Assembly (NCBI GenBank): GCA_035221665.1
Contig: CM069157.1
Span: 29,264,001-29,328,000, forward strand
Direction of reading: 5' to 3'
Source: Okamejei kenojei
Taxonomy: Eukaryota
Length of the DNA: 64,000 nucleotides
Shown: positions 37,078 through 50,569 of the stretch, one piece after another
Layout of the letters: every line of letters starts with the position of its first letter
How positions within the stretch are numbered: the first letter of the stretch is position 1
Made by a program: the position numbers and the translations under genes
The notes under the pieces: generated by a model
What the model was told of the DNA's origin: nothing
Database searches by the model: none
What the model saw: only the letters and a program-made list of their open reading frames with translations

Positions 37078-39616
37078 GTAAGATAACAAGTGACTGACTA
37101 TTTAGCAATTTTCCCCTTTCAGTGTGGTGTTTGTTTTAATTCTTTTTCTTTTGGGTCTGGTCCCTTTGCAACCATGTAACATGTTAAAATTGTGAATGCT
37201 GACAATTATACTCATTATAATCATTATATAAAAAACATAAAAATGCTCATTGGTATTCTTGCATCCATGCTGTAAATTAGTTGTGTTTCGATCACACAAA
37301 GGGGCTCAAATAGGGCATAATTTACTTAATTTACTATCATTACTATCATTTACACATAGTGACCCGTGAAACCACCAACCAGTGCCAGTAAATTAATTCT
37401 ATCAGAGTGTGTGCTGGTTACTGAAACAAGCTGCCAAATTAATGATGTATCTTTCATTCGTATCTGTTTCCCACATCATATGTTTTTGTAAGCTCATTCC
37501 TCTTGCTATTGAGTGAACCAAGGGGTGGGGGGAAACCGTGCATCTTAGTTCTTCCCCTCCACTTCCCCTCCACCATTCCCTAAGTAAAGATGATTTATCA
37601 TTGAGCATCTTTTATTTAAGCCTCTAGTTTTGGAAGTTGTAACAGTTCTACATCTACCAGTCAAGCCATTCATATATATATATTTTAAACTATAGAAGGG
37701 CACTTCACAGTCTTCTTCAGACAAGTAGAGTCTCAGCTTTTCATGATAAATTTATATTGGTCTTCTACTATACTTTAGGAAATGTTTTTGTATCAGCTCT
37801 GTAGTTATCTGATCTTTTTATACAATGGCTTTTTGCTCTGCAGATGGCACAGATCCACCTTGAGGCCCAATAAAAATATCTCGCCATCTTTAATAATAAA
37901 CTGATCCATGGACTATGATTGACCTTCACACATTTGATTTGCGGTCCAATTTTATGTTGTAACCAAAAATCTAGCACCTCAAAAGTACTTTTTTAAATGT
38001 GGCCACTAATGCTACAAAACCAGTTTGCAGGCTGTGAACCATTTGCATTTAATTCTCCATCCAGGTTTAAAGTTGAAACATTCAGCAAGTTGGACAGCTT
38101 GAAACAAAAAGCTTTCGTGAAGAAAGATAAATGATGATATTTCGGAGACTTTTTTTAATCAGAATAGTCTCATAGCGAATGAAGTTTCCTTGTTTGAGTT
38201 GACTTGCGTTCCCAGCAGTTTCTGTGTTTCAGATTTGTCATTTGCACTTGGTGCTTTTTTTGGCCCAAAAAGGTAGGGTATGGATATCTGGTACTGTTGG
38301 TTAACATGTCTCTAATTATTTTCCTATTTGTGTAGAGATATGACTGAATGGAAAAGAAGTGACCTGTGGTATAAGCCTTTTCCAACTTGTGATTTATATC
38401 TGGAATATATTAACTCCGGAGCTTTGCAGGACATAACGTGACGTCTTGTTGTGGGATAAGATGGTGCGGGTAACTTCACAAAATTGTTTGGCTGCCGACT
38501 GAAGTCATGGCACTTTTACTGCTTAATCGCTACAGCTAAATTGTTCATTGTGGTGATACCTACCAAAGAGTTAAATATTTAAAGGAACTTCATCCTTTAT
38601 TATCTGGATGAAATTGCTAGATGTCCTCATTGATGATGGATGGATCCAATGTTAAAATGACAGTGTTTGCATTTACAATGTATATTCTGAATTGATCGAG
38701 AAAACCCAATGGATAGTTCGTCTCCAGATGTTGCTGCATTGTGGCTATCGGATGGGAATGTTTGTTACTGGAAGACAAGCTGGCAATTTTTCTGCTGAAT
38801 GTAGTCTGTTGTTTTTATATCCACAAAGATCCGTGCCCGCCAGTCATCGTAAGCAAAAGTTGCTGAAAGGGATTTGAGTTCGTCAGGTTGTTTGAACGAA
38901 TATGCAAGGATAAAAGAAATGCGATTAAATAAGAAAATTAGATTTCATTCTTTTATTAAAAGAATCGAAACTGGGAACAAAGTATGTGTGATAATGATGG
39001 AGCAGGGAAAAGGAGATTACATTTTGATGGAGATGACAAAGAGATGCCTACCAGCATTTGTGCCAGTTATTGTACACTTCTAACCATGATTGTTCTGCAA
39101 TTTGTATTTTTATGGTAATCTTTTCACGCGAAAACCAAAAGGGTTTGAAGTAGTTGGCTTATCCTAAAGCACAAGTGCATAGAAGTTGCCGGGCAAGAAA
39201 AAACGGTCATCGATATGCTCAAATCGCCTATAAAGGAGCTTTGGAAGCCCCTTCGAAACAATGGGTCCCAGTCTCTTTGGAAGTACAACTCTTGCAATGA
39301 ATTCCATGCAATGATTGAGCTGAGACTGTTGGAATGAATGTATCACCAGGAGTGCTATGTTTGAGCACTTTGGAAATGAAAACATTAATATTAGACATCT
39401 TGGGTGTATATAAAAAATGTTTTGAGAGGTCGTAGAGTTGGTGTACCAACAGTGTGAGACTGCAATCCACGACAGTCTTCTTCCACTTGGGATGATATTC
39501 AAATATATAATCTTTACCTTCTTGATGGTATATTTTCTTTAAGGTTTGGATATCTCTCATTCTATTCACTCATACATCTCTTTAAAAGACCATGTTTCTT
39601 GTTTTGAAACCAACAG

Positions 39617-39725
39617 AACATTACTTCAAATCAGCAGCAGTTACATTAAATGAACGCTTTACAATGTACCAAAGGAGAACAGCTGAGCAGGAGGTTCCCA
39701 GACAGAAGAGCCCAGAAATTCATAG
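39617..39725 (+). CDS. THRAP3: THRAP3 coding exon 5
   Basis: caacag acceptor; EHYFKSAAVTLNERFTMYQRRTAEQEVPRQKSPEIHR; donor AG|GTATCT, phase 2. Confidence 0.95.
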
Positions 39726-40064
39726 GTATCTGATTTTCCTTTTTACTACTGGGGTATTGGTATGCTTCGGCAATCTTGCTTCAAGACTGTCAATAAAGAG
39801 ATTCTAGTTTCGTTCCTGATAATCAACTGTTGTCAACTGTTGGCCCTGAAATATTCCTTAATTCTGCAGTGAAAATTCAAAACCGGCCGCGACTAAAAAT
39901 AGGTTGCCGGTTTAAAAATGGGTAATTTTTTTGTCGAAACTGGTTGCGATGCTAGTTGAAGGTGGTGAGACCTCCCTGCTGGAATAAAACTGGTTGATAA
40001 AAAGGTCTTGCCTTCCACTACCTGCAACCTCCGGCAACCACCTTCAACTAGCATTGTTGAAGGC

Positions 40065-41780
40065 TTTCCATTTACTGTGCAGGTCCTGCCCTTGTTAGAC
40101 ATCCCAAAATGCAACACCTCACACTTGTCTGTATTAAATTCCATCAACCATTCCTCCACCCACCTGGCCAATCGTCCAAATCCCGCTGCAATCGTTCACA
40201 ACCACCTTCACTATCTGCAAAAGCACTAACTTTTGTATCATCAGTAAACTTGCTAATCTTGCCCTGTATGTTCTCATCCAAATCATTGATGTAGATGACA
40301 AACAGTAACGAACCCTGAGGCACACCACTAGTCATAGGCCTCCATTCTGAGAAGCAACCTTCCACCATTACCCTCTGCTTCATTCCATGGAGCCAATTTG
40401 CTATCCATTCAGCTATCTCTCCTTGGATCCCATGCAATCTAACCTTCCAGGGCAGCCTACCATGCGAAACATTGTCGAACGCAACATGTACACAACATCT
40501 ACAGCTCTGCCTTCATCAATCTTTTTGGTCACGTCTTCAAAAAAATCTATCAGATTTGTGAGCCACAACCTCCCACGTACAAAACCATGCTGACTCCCCT
40601 AATCAGCCCTTACCCATCAAATGCCTGTATATCCTATTCTGGACATTATGGAGGGCACTGATATAGAAAACATCAGTGCCCTCCATAATGTTTGGGACAA
40701 AGATCCATCATTTATTTATTTGTCTCTGTATTGAGATTTGTAATAGAAAAAAATCACATGTGGGTAAAGTGCACATTGTTAGGTTATAATAAAGGCCATT
40801 TTAATACATTTTTCACTAACTGGGACGTACACATCCTGAGCTTTCTTTAGTGCACTTTTAAAAATATCCCACTTAGCCGATGTTCCTTTCCCATCTAATA
40901 ACCTGCTCCGGTCAACTTGCGAGCCCTTCTCTCATACCCTCAAAGTTGAACAATTTAACACGTGGACCAGCTCTGTTCCTATCAATAATTATCTTAAACA
41001 TAATCGAACTGTGGTCACTGGTCCAAAAAGGCTCCTCCACACACACTTCATTAACTTGCCATTCCCAATACTGGATCCAGCGTTGCCCTCTCGCATGTGA
41101 GGGCCTCCACATACTGCTTAAGAAAACGTTCCTGAACACTTTTGAGGAATTGCACCCCATCTGAACCCCTCACGCTATGATGTTCCAAGTCTATATTGGG
41201 AAAGTTAAAACCCCCTGCTACAACAACCTTATTTGACCTGCTATCTTCAGGCACATTTATTCTTCTAGTTACTGTTGACTATTTGGGAACTACACCCCCA
41301 ACAAAGTGATCATCCCTTTCTTGTTCCTCAACTCCACCCATACAACCTCACTAGACAAACCATCCATAATGTCATCTCTGAACACAGCTGTGACATCCTC
41401 CTTTACCAACAATGCAAACCCCCCTCCTCTTTTTCCCCGCGCGCCTGTCTCTCCTCAAGCTCCTGTACCCCGGAACATTGAGCTGCCAGTCCTGCCCCTC
41501 CCTTAACCAGGTTTCAGTCATGGCTACAATGTCCCAGTCTCTCGTACCTATCCATGCCCTAAGCTCATCTGCCTTACCTGTCAGACCCCTTGCATTAAAA
41601 TACGTACAGTTTAAACCAATCTCCTTCCTCGCTCTCTGCCTTTCACTTGCCTATTCTGCCCACTAACCTTTCCCACACCATCCTCCATACCAAGTTCTAG
41701 CCTCTCACGTGCTTCTGTCCTGCACGAGATCCCACCCCCCTGCCAATCTAGTTTAAACCCTCCCGTGTAGCATTAGCAAA
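40065..41780 (-). mobile_element. CR1-type LINE fragment (APE endonuclease and RT remnants)
   Basis: SGVPQGS..LFVIYINDLD..KISKFTDDTK; MEFNTDKCEVLHFG; VVVAGGFNFPNID; FLKQYV...LD. Confidence 0.9.
40643..40815. mobile_element. Tc1 TIR fragment with an inverted copy of the TIR tip, inside a CR1 fragment
   Basis: acattatggagggcactgat-N9-atcagtgccctccataatgtttgggacaaag, then TIR body. Confidence 0.85.
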
Positions 41781-41992
41781 CCTTCCATTAGTTCTTTGCC
41801 CTCTGAAGTTTGGATGTAAAATTGGTGTGCACTTTCAAAATCAATTCAGTGCAATGTTTTTCCTACTGGTCATTAATCGATTGTGAATTAATAAGTTTAA
41901 TTCAAGTAGTAAACAAACAGTCTCAGGGGGAAATACAAGTGGACCACTTGGAGCACAAACACAGCAGAGGTAGAGTCTTGGGCTTTTTATTT

Positions 41993-42290
41993 AAAGAGAT
42001 GGCAACACGTCCCATTGTGTCCACGCTGGCCATGGATCACCTGTTCACACTAGTTCCATGTTATCCCACATTTACATCCACTTCCTACACATTAAGGGTG
42101 ATTTACAGAAGCCAATTAACCTACAAACTCACACGTCTTTGAGATGTGGAAGGAAAACTGAGCAGGATAAACACACAGTCACAGAGAGAACATGGAAACT
42201 CCACACCAACAGCATCCGAGGTCAGAACCGAACATAGGTCTCTAGCGCAGTGAGGCAGCAGCTCTACCAGCTTCTCCACTTTGCTGCCCA
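41993..42290 (-). mobile_element. tRNA-derived SINE, same family
   Basis: gatcacctgttcacactagttc...gaggcagcagctctaccag. Confidence 0.78.
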
Positions 42291-42513
42291 CAATAGCTCT
42301 TGTTTAAACAGAGCTTTACTCTTCACTTGGCTGTGCTGTACCCGTTCAGTCTTAGAGACATCAATACTGATACTGAATAGCTGAAATAGTAGGTCTGCTT
42401 TTACTCTTGTTAACCTCTTGTTACGCACAACATCCATCAAAATGAATGCGGCATCTTTAAAGAGTTTGCTCTTTTGTTATGCTTCATTCTGATGTTGGTC
42501 TCCAATTTTTAAG

Positions 42514-42598
42514 GCGGATTGATATATCACCCAGTGCTCTAAAGAAACGCATGCATCTCCGTGATGACATAAAGAATCCGAAGGAAAGCAGTTATAAG
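42514..42598 (+). CDS. THRAP3: THRAP3 coding exon 6
   Basis: tttttaag acceptor; RIDISPSALKKRMHLRDDIKNPKESSYK; donor AAG|GTAACT, phase 0. Confidence 0.95.
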
Positions 42599-45500
42599 GT
42601 AACTTGGTGTTCAGTTATGATTTTACTAATGATGTGTTTTGTGTTTTTAATGCATGGATATCGGGTAATGACTGCGTAATGCAAATAACTTAATTTTTGT
42701 TTGAAGTTTCTCCTATCATAAGTTTGTGTTTTTCTTTTAAGGCCCCAAAACAATTGTTCTAAAAAAAACTGAGCTGCAAAGTGTTTAATTTATTAAATTA
42801 ATCCTCACCTCTGTGACGTGCTTAAAAGTATGGCAAATGCTGTCAGAGCCTGTTGAGGTGAGATTGAGACACTGGGAGACATTTTTGGAAAAAAAAATCT
42901 TTAGAAAAATGCAAAAATATATAAAAAATGCGAGTGACTGATGCAGGAAAACTACTTTTCTGACTGAGCTGTAAGTATTTTGGATTTTTTTCTGAAGAAA
43001 ATTTTAATACTTTCAAATGTAGTTGACATTTTAAGAATTCTGTTTTGTCATCCCTGATGTAGTATTAGGATATTTGTACTCATTTCTGATGTCTTGCTCC
43101 TTGGAAAATTAACAAATGAATCTAGGCCATTGTGGCATTGGATGTCTCCAGAGCCTGTATGTATTTTATAAAAAAAATAACATAGGAATTCAGAATGATT
43201 TTTTTATACCATTTATTTACGTGTACGAAAAGAGATTCTGAGTGGCGATATATTAGGTATGAGTCCATTCTGACCCCTCGACCTGGTGTATGGACAATGA
43301 TTCCATGAATAAACCAGATCAAAGGAGTACGTGAAGGACTAAACTGCCTGCCCCCTTACCATGCATTATAAGTACTGGAGAAAGGTTTCTCAGCATGCCT
43401 ATATTCCTAAATAGTTTTGAATTGTATAGTGAATATGAAGGAAACTGCAGCTCTTTCCTCTTTTCCAATCCAGTTATTACATTAAATACAATGCTGACAT
43501 TTGATGGAAAACATCAGCGCCACTGTAATCCATATTGTGAGCTATAGGCTGACTCGTCAAATTGGTTTGGATCACTCTGTACGCACCGTTCTCTGCTGCC
43601 TGTGGAGACTGGCGACGCAGGCCAAACATGCCTGGGATCTACTAGCTATACTGCAGAGATACATTTTATTGAGCGGGCATAGCTTACTCGATGATAAAAA
43701 TCGTCTGGATTTGCTGAGTGCACTCCGACCCCTGTTCATTTATGCTTAATAATTCATTTAAGCTACATGTTAGTTGTAGAAACATGGGTTCCTGAGTCCC
43801 GACACAATGTAGTTGCTGAGTGAACTCATCAGAGGGAAAGAATTTTCATTGACATGATAGTTCACAAAACAAATTCTAACTCTATTTTCCTTCACCTTCT
43901 CTGTGTGCCTGCACTTCTCTTTGCTCTTGCTATGTTCTTGGGGGTTTAATTCTAGTCCAGTCCATAACTTGTAAAGCTCGCTCTAATATTTGCATTTCCT
44001 TTTGTTGGTTCAAAGCCTGTACTTCCTAGAGATGACCAATACAGTGATGTTCATGATCGAGGCATGCTGTAGGTACCAAAAAGGCTGTTAGTGAAATCAC
44101 TCTCAATACATGTCAGCAGCATAAGGAGAAAGGGGAAATGCTGGCTGCGCTGAGCCTTGAACTCATAATTTTAGACATGTGTCAGCAGACAGCCTGAAAA
44201 GCAGAGGTGGGTGGAACCTGCAAGATGTCATTTGTACCAGAATTATTTTCCAGATGTGCAAATATCCTATTCGTTCCAGTATTTGTGGACCAGATTTATT
44301 TATTTTTTGCCAAAGCTCTTCTGGCAGTTAAGAACTGCATTACTTGTGATAGAACATTGCTTGGCCTGCAAAGCCTATACACTTCATGCATGCAGGCTCT
44401 TCTGAGCTGGTCTGGGCCTTGCTTTTTAAACATCTGGTCACTCTTAGCTGGCTCCGAGACACTGCAAGTCTTTGGCTGTTGTTCATTTGCAGTGTTGTCA
44501 GTAGGTAATTTTCGAATTGCACAAAACTGAAATTGATGTAAAGAGAGAGACAGATTGCTCCTTGAAGCTGAGAATGAATATGAAGGCATGCACAGTCTAT
44601 GGCAGTTCCTCTGACAGCACCATGGCAAAATATTTCACTGCAACAGAAAAGGATGTAGATCATCATGCAGAGAAGCCAAACTCGTTAGTTAATTCCTCTT
44701 GCTTCTCGCTGTGTTTTGAGAATTTATGACTTCAAGAGATGCAGAGATCTGGTTACCATAACCTCTTGTGTCAACTGCTTCAAATCGGAAAGCAACATCT
44801 GAATGCAAATTGGTGAAGTGACCAGACCAGCACTCACCAGTGTTTGCCTATCACCCTTGGTGGAAGAATAGGGTATAATATCAGGAAGAGACCATTCAGC
44901 GTACTTTGATCCTGATCTAATCCAAATTTTAATTTAACTTCCTGATTACGCCCTTTATTCCCTACTGAAGTGGAAGCTGATTCAACTGTTTAATTGCTTC
45001 AGTCAATGATTATTGGACTGGACTGATCTTTTCCAATAATTGGTGACTGAAAAAGTCACCTTAACCTCTGGCTCATGGTTTCCAATCAATGATTATTTCA
45101 ATCATCTTCCTCCTGATGCACCACTGTGTTTATGACAGTAACATTTATTAAAAGGGCACCACCTTGATTCAATTTTTTTCAAATTATTGACCAGCTCCAT
45201 CAGTCCTCGTTCAAAGGTATCTAATGATAATGTGACTGGAATGAGGAACCCATTGAGGGAGGGGGAGGAAACATCTACAGTGGTATTTTAGTCTCTTCCA
45301 ACACGCCATCCGACCCTATGTTTGTGGAAGGCCAAGGTGGGATTGACGGGATGCCTTGCGTGGAACAAACTAGTAGTAACGGTGAGGAAATGGCAAGTGA
45401 AATTGCAAGTTAAGGAGCCGACCCTTCTTATCCGTTCTATTGTAGGAGTTGGAATAATAAAGAAGGAACTAGATAGTTCCTATCAAAGCACGCAGGTGTG

Positions 45501-46044
45501 GCTGTTCTGGTCATGTTTACAGAGGTCACTTATTGGCTTATAAATTCTGTACTCCTGAATCTTATCATCTATGTCAACAGGAGTTCAAATCTACTTGCTA
45601 TCGACCATTATTATTTTTTTCACTCGCAAAATATTCAGAAAAGCACAAGACTTCAGGAGAAGGGGGCAAAGAAAAATTGTGGTGTTTCTGAATGATATAG
45701 ATTTTTAGACCTCATTTGAGGCAGATTGTTATATTGTGATGTGGGGTTATACTTGTAATGCAGGTAACTGGAGATTGACTATGAGGTTAAGAAAAAAAAA
45801 CTAGATGGGAGTAAAGGCCATATCTACAGCGTTGCAACCAATTCCAACCAATTCTTGGCTGTGCACGCATTTTCCAGGTGTGCTACAGCACCACTGAGAG
45901 AGACTGAAGCTAGTCAGATGAATTGCAGAGTAAGTCATGGAAATGTGAGTCCACGTTGTCATCTCCTGAAGAGGTTTGGGTTCTTCAACCTCCTTCGCCA
46001 GGAGTCTATTTTAAATGCACTTGTTTTTAATTTGAATCCGACAG

Positions 46045-46238
46045 GGAGAAGGAAAATTAAGGGATGAGCTGGATGACCTTCGCCAAGATATTGAGCAACG
46101 TAGAAAATATAAAAGCAAGGAAGGAGAGCATAAAAAGGATAGCTCCAAAGACTCAAGAGATTCAAGCCATTCACGTGAGCGCTCAAAGGAAAAATCTGGA
46201 AAAGTTGCTAAAGCTTACAAGGAATCGAAGAAGCCAAG
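46045..46238 (+). CDS. THRAP3: THRAP3 coding exon 7
   Basis: ccgacag acceptor; GEGKLRDELDDLRQDIEQRRKYKSK...DSRDSSHSRERSKEK; donor AG|GTAATA, phase 2 (this frame is not in the ORF track). Confidence 0.93.
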
Positions 46239-46389
46239 GTAATATTTCATTTCCTTCGTTCCAATGGATCACATGTCTCCCCTCAGTCTCCCCTTTCCAT
46301 GACTACATGGGCCTTACCTAATGGGGAAACAGTAGTCATGAATCTGGTGAGATACTATCTCATGCGGCTGAAATTTTGTTTCATTTTGA

Positions 46390-47700
46390 GTCCTACTGAC
46401 TCTTCACCCAACACCCATGCCCAACCAAGATGCCTATCTAACCATTTACCTGCATTTGACCCATATCCCTTCAAAACATTTCCTGTCCACACAACCGTCC
46501 AACTGCCTTTTGATGTACATGCCTCAACCTACATAGTCTGGAAGGTCATTCCACATATGTACCACCTATGTGTGAAAGGGTTGCCCTTAAACCCCCATCC
46601 TTCTGGAATCCTATAGAATTGCTCCTCTCATCTTAAACCTATGTTCTTTAGTCAATGATTATCCAACCCTGGGAAAAGGGTGCATTCACTCCATCTATAT
46701 CCCTCATGATTCCTTACATCTCCCTAAGGTTACCGCACAGTCCCGTACACTCCAGGTTCTAGCCTGCCTAACCTCACCCCATAACACACTCCCTAACCCT
46801 ATAACTCAGTCCTTTAAGTTACTTAAAAGCACCTTTCTTATAGCAGGGTGACCAAAGCTAAAAGCAATACTCCCGTAGAGTCTCTCCAACGTCTTGTACA
46901 ACTGGAACACAACATCCTAACTTCTGTACTCGATGCTCTTACCAATGGCCAGCATGACGAACTTAGAGGGTGATAGATCGCTCTTAAGAAACTTGTGGAA
47001 TCTTAGCTTTGTCAGACTAGACAAAGGAAAATCCTATCTTGTCCTATTTTTCTCCAAAAATGTATTCTACATCTTTTGTACTTGTCCAAGGATTTGCTTG
47101 ACACCAGCTGCCGATGCTTGGTGAATGTCTTAGTTTTCTGACTAGCACTTTAACAAGGGTTAAAAGGGTTTAATCCATGTTGTCTCTGAGCTCTCCCAAT
47201 CACACCTTTATAAAAAATCTCCCAATTGCCAGACTTCCCTTTACCTGTGAAGAACATTTCCCAGTCAACCTATGCACGTTCCTGTCTCATGGCCCAGTTT
47301 AGGACTTGCTTTATGGACCAGACCTTTCTTTCTCCGTAACTATTTAAACGCTAATAGAATTTGGGGGTCACTGGTCCTAACATGTTCAGCTGCTGATGCT
47401 GCAGTTACATGCTCTGCCTCATTCCCAAGTTAGGAGGTCTAGTGTTGTGCCCTATCTAATAGAGCGCTATACATATTGTTTACAAAATCTTTCCTGGACA
47501 TATTTAAGAAATTCCAACCAGTTCAAGCCTTTGCAGTGTGAGATTCCCAGTCAATAAATTCACAATGTGCGGGAAGTTAAAATCACCTTTGACACTTTAT
47601 TTCTTACTGCCACCTGCGATCTCCCTACATATTTGCTCCTAATTTCTACTGACTTTTGGGGGGGGATCCTCATAATACAACCCTATCATTCCTACAGCTG
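46390..47700 (-). mobile_element. Decayed CR1-type LINE fragments
   Basis: Reverse-complement CR1 tail and body similar to other copies in the window. Confidence 0.6.
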
Positions 47701-48044
47701 TCTCGGGTCTCACTACATATGTTTAATGTGGATGAGGCTGAATCCCTTAACAGATTATGGTATTTATTAAGTGTTAATTAATGCTTGAGAAAACATGGGT
47801 TTAAAACAAAAGCGCTCAAAGTGCTGGAAAAAATCAGGCAATATTTCTGGAGAACAAAGACAGGTGATATTTTAGGTTGCGATCCTTCTTCAGTCTGAAA
47901 CATCACCTATTTATGTTTTCCAGAGATGCTGCTTGACCAACTGAGTTACTCCACCACTTTGTGTCCCACTTTTTAACCAACATCCACAGTTCTACATTGG
48001 GTCTAACAAAAAAACGTTTTAAATCTTTATGTAACTTTGAACAG

Positions 48045-48240
48045 GAAGCGCAAGAAAGCCAGGGCAAGGACCAGCTCTTCAAGCTCCTCATCTTCCTCCT
48101 CTTCCCCGGCGCACGAGCCAAAAGAAGAAAGAGAAGAGGGGGCAGGCCGGGAAGAACCCACTCCTGGCTTTAACAAAGCTCGCCTTGGGACAAGAGAATT
48201 CACCGGCCCACCGACTCGAGGCCGAGCACGTGGAGTTTTT
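48045..48240 (+). CDS. THRAP3: THRAP3 coding exon 8
   Basis: tttgaacag acceptor; KRKKARARTSSSSSS...GFNKARLGTREFTGPPTRGRARGVF; donor TTT|GTAAGC, phase 0. Confidence 0.95.
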
Positions 48241-49239
48241 GTAAGCAAACACTGAGCATTGATGGTGCCTTCTGCCGTCACATCTCTAGCATTAGGACTT
48301 CCTTGATTTCTAATTTTTGGACAAAATGGATGACTGCTTTTTGTAATATTCAGATTAAGCCACTGAGTTTGTGTTCAAATCTGGCCCAGAATCACCCAGT
48401 CTGATACTAAAGTGATTTGAGTTATTAACTCTTGTATAGAAATGTGATTAATGTACCTTTTTTTCTAGAGCCCAGGATTGGAGTTGAGTGTCTTCAAATG
48501 ATTCTGGTTGGAACCACCTCATCCTTGAATGGAAACAATTGCTTGTGGGCTTTGACCAAGTCCTAACTCTGTATTGACACTGTGGCACAGAGTTCCACAT
48601 TGATTTTTTGGGAATAGTGATCTTGGATATCAAGGTTAAGATGCTTCCATCCAGAGTTTCTATTTAATGCCCATGTCTGACCTCCAGCTTGCGTGATATT
48701 TGCTCCTAATTTATACAGAGAACCAAAGTAGAAACCCACAGTTGTTTAGCAATTAGAAGTGATACTTAGAGAGAGGGTTTTGGGGTGGTTTTACCCGTTG
48801 CCTTTTCTTTCTCTTTCTCACTCCCCCACCTCATTCTCCTATTCTCTCCTTTCCCCCACTCCGTATCTCATGGCAAAACAGTGCTTGAATGCATCTCTCC
48901 CTCTTTCTTTCCCCTCTGTCTCTCTCTCTTTCATTCCTTGCTCTCTTTTTTTCCTCTTTTTTCTCTTTCTCACTCTCACTCTCTCTCTCTCGACTAGACA
49001 GTGCTTAGGAATTCAGAGAATTGAGATGCTTTGCTGCATGAGGGCACTATCATAAAATGGCAGTGTTTGGGTGGAGTTGCATGACCAAGTTAGTGTGAGA
49101 AAGCCACCTCCACCCTGTCACCATGGTACATTGAGTCAGTTTCATCTCTGTCACTGGTACTTGCATCAAGATCTGAAAATGTAACCCGTTGAAGTTGAAT
49201 ACCTGTCCCAATCACGCCTTCCTTTTTATGCTAATGCAG

Positions 49240-49389
49240 CAGTTCAGAATAAGAGGAAGAGGATATGGCAGGGGAGCGTTTCCTGGTCCCAGCAATAGCA
49301 GTAACCCAGGTAACACAACCTTCCAAAAGCGACCCCGTGAAGAGGACTGGGATCCCGAGTACACGCCAAAAAGCAAAAAGTACTATCTG
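49240..49389 (+). CDS. THRAP3: THRAP3 coding exon 9 (150 nt, symmetric phase 0/0; CAGCAG acceptor)
   Basis: [16 protein letters not shown]...[23 protein letters not shown]; donor CTG|GTACGT. Confidence 0.96.
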
Positions 49390-50569
49390 GTACGTGTCCA
49401 CAAGCATCCAGGCTCAGGCCTGGGTCAGTGCCATGTTCAGTCTGTGCTGAGGGGATTTCAGACAATGTCCTAAGTAACATAGGGATAGGCAGGTGTCCAC
49501 CCCCCCTCCCCCCCCAAGAGCTCAGCAAGTTGAAACAGTGAGTGATTGATGTGCATAGAGTAGATGTGGCTGGTTTGTGTCTTTGTATTTAGAAGTGTTT
49601 TTGATGTCACTGCAAAATAGTTGAGTCCTGAATCGTAAGTTGTGCATACCGAGCTAATAGGGTGTAATGTAGGCTAAGGCTGTTTTGTAGTGACACCAGG
49701 AAGCACTTCTACCCTGGAAGTGTGATAACCTAGAGGCTAGTCGGAATCAGGGGGTCAATTAAAAGTTTCACAATCCAGATGGGCAAATCTTTGTCAGGCA
49801 AAGTTTATAATCCATGACTCACTCTGGATGGAAGCACTTTAATCTTGTACAGTTGCCATCAGGCAGTGACCCAATTTTTACCATATCATATTGGCCATAT
49901 GCTACAGGGTTTCATTTTGATGCTTGGTCTGCCTATCAAGGTTAAGATGCTTCTATCCAGAGTTTTGTGTTGGAAGTTCACCTCAGTATTAAAATGCCGA
50001 CCACTTGCCGATATAGCTGTTGCTGCAAATTTGTACAAACGTCTGTAATGGAAATATCTAACCTGTGGGTTGCCAGTGACACTGAGCAGCTTTGGGGAGA
50101 GGGTAAAGTACAAGCGTAACTGCTTAATAGGATTTAATAATTTATCACTAATCCAAGCAAGTCATTTTTTTTCCCATGCTGGGAGGGAGAGTTAAGCAAA
50201 ATCTAATTGGTGTGTTAGTTTGGTGGGGGTTAATGGATTATCCTGTTGCTTAGAGAGTAATTGGGCCTCATTTTATGTCATTTGTCTTTCCACCCTACCT
50301 GGGGAATGCAAAGGTGACTTGTGTCCTCATGACGTGTAGCCAAAAGAACACAGATTTGTGGGAGCTAATTGGTAGAGGCACTGACTAAAGCTGAAGCAGA
50401 CTTCGAATATAATTGGCAAGAGCCATTAAATTTACAGCAGTGATCATTTAATAGTAAATACCGGCTTCTGTTACAGTATCAAACCAGCGTCCTCTGTCAT
50501 GCCCGTTAGTTTGATTCCCTGTGTTCCTGCTTCCTTATGGAAACTCATTTTGTCTGTTGACGCAAAAGT

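Noticed and set aside
39164-39569. Two - strand ORFs of 112-113 aa in a THRAP3 intron
   Set aside because: No recognisable motif or splice structure; lengths compatible with chance
39860-40060. 18-bp inverted repeat atgctagttgaaggtggt / accaccttcaactagcat
   Set aside because: Probably an internal fragment of a palindromic MITE; termini and TSD not found
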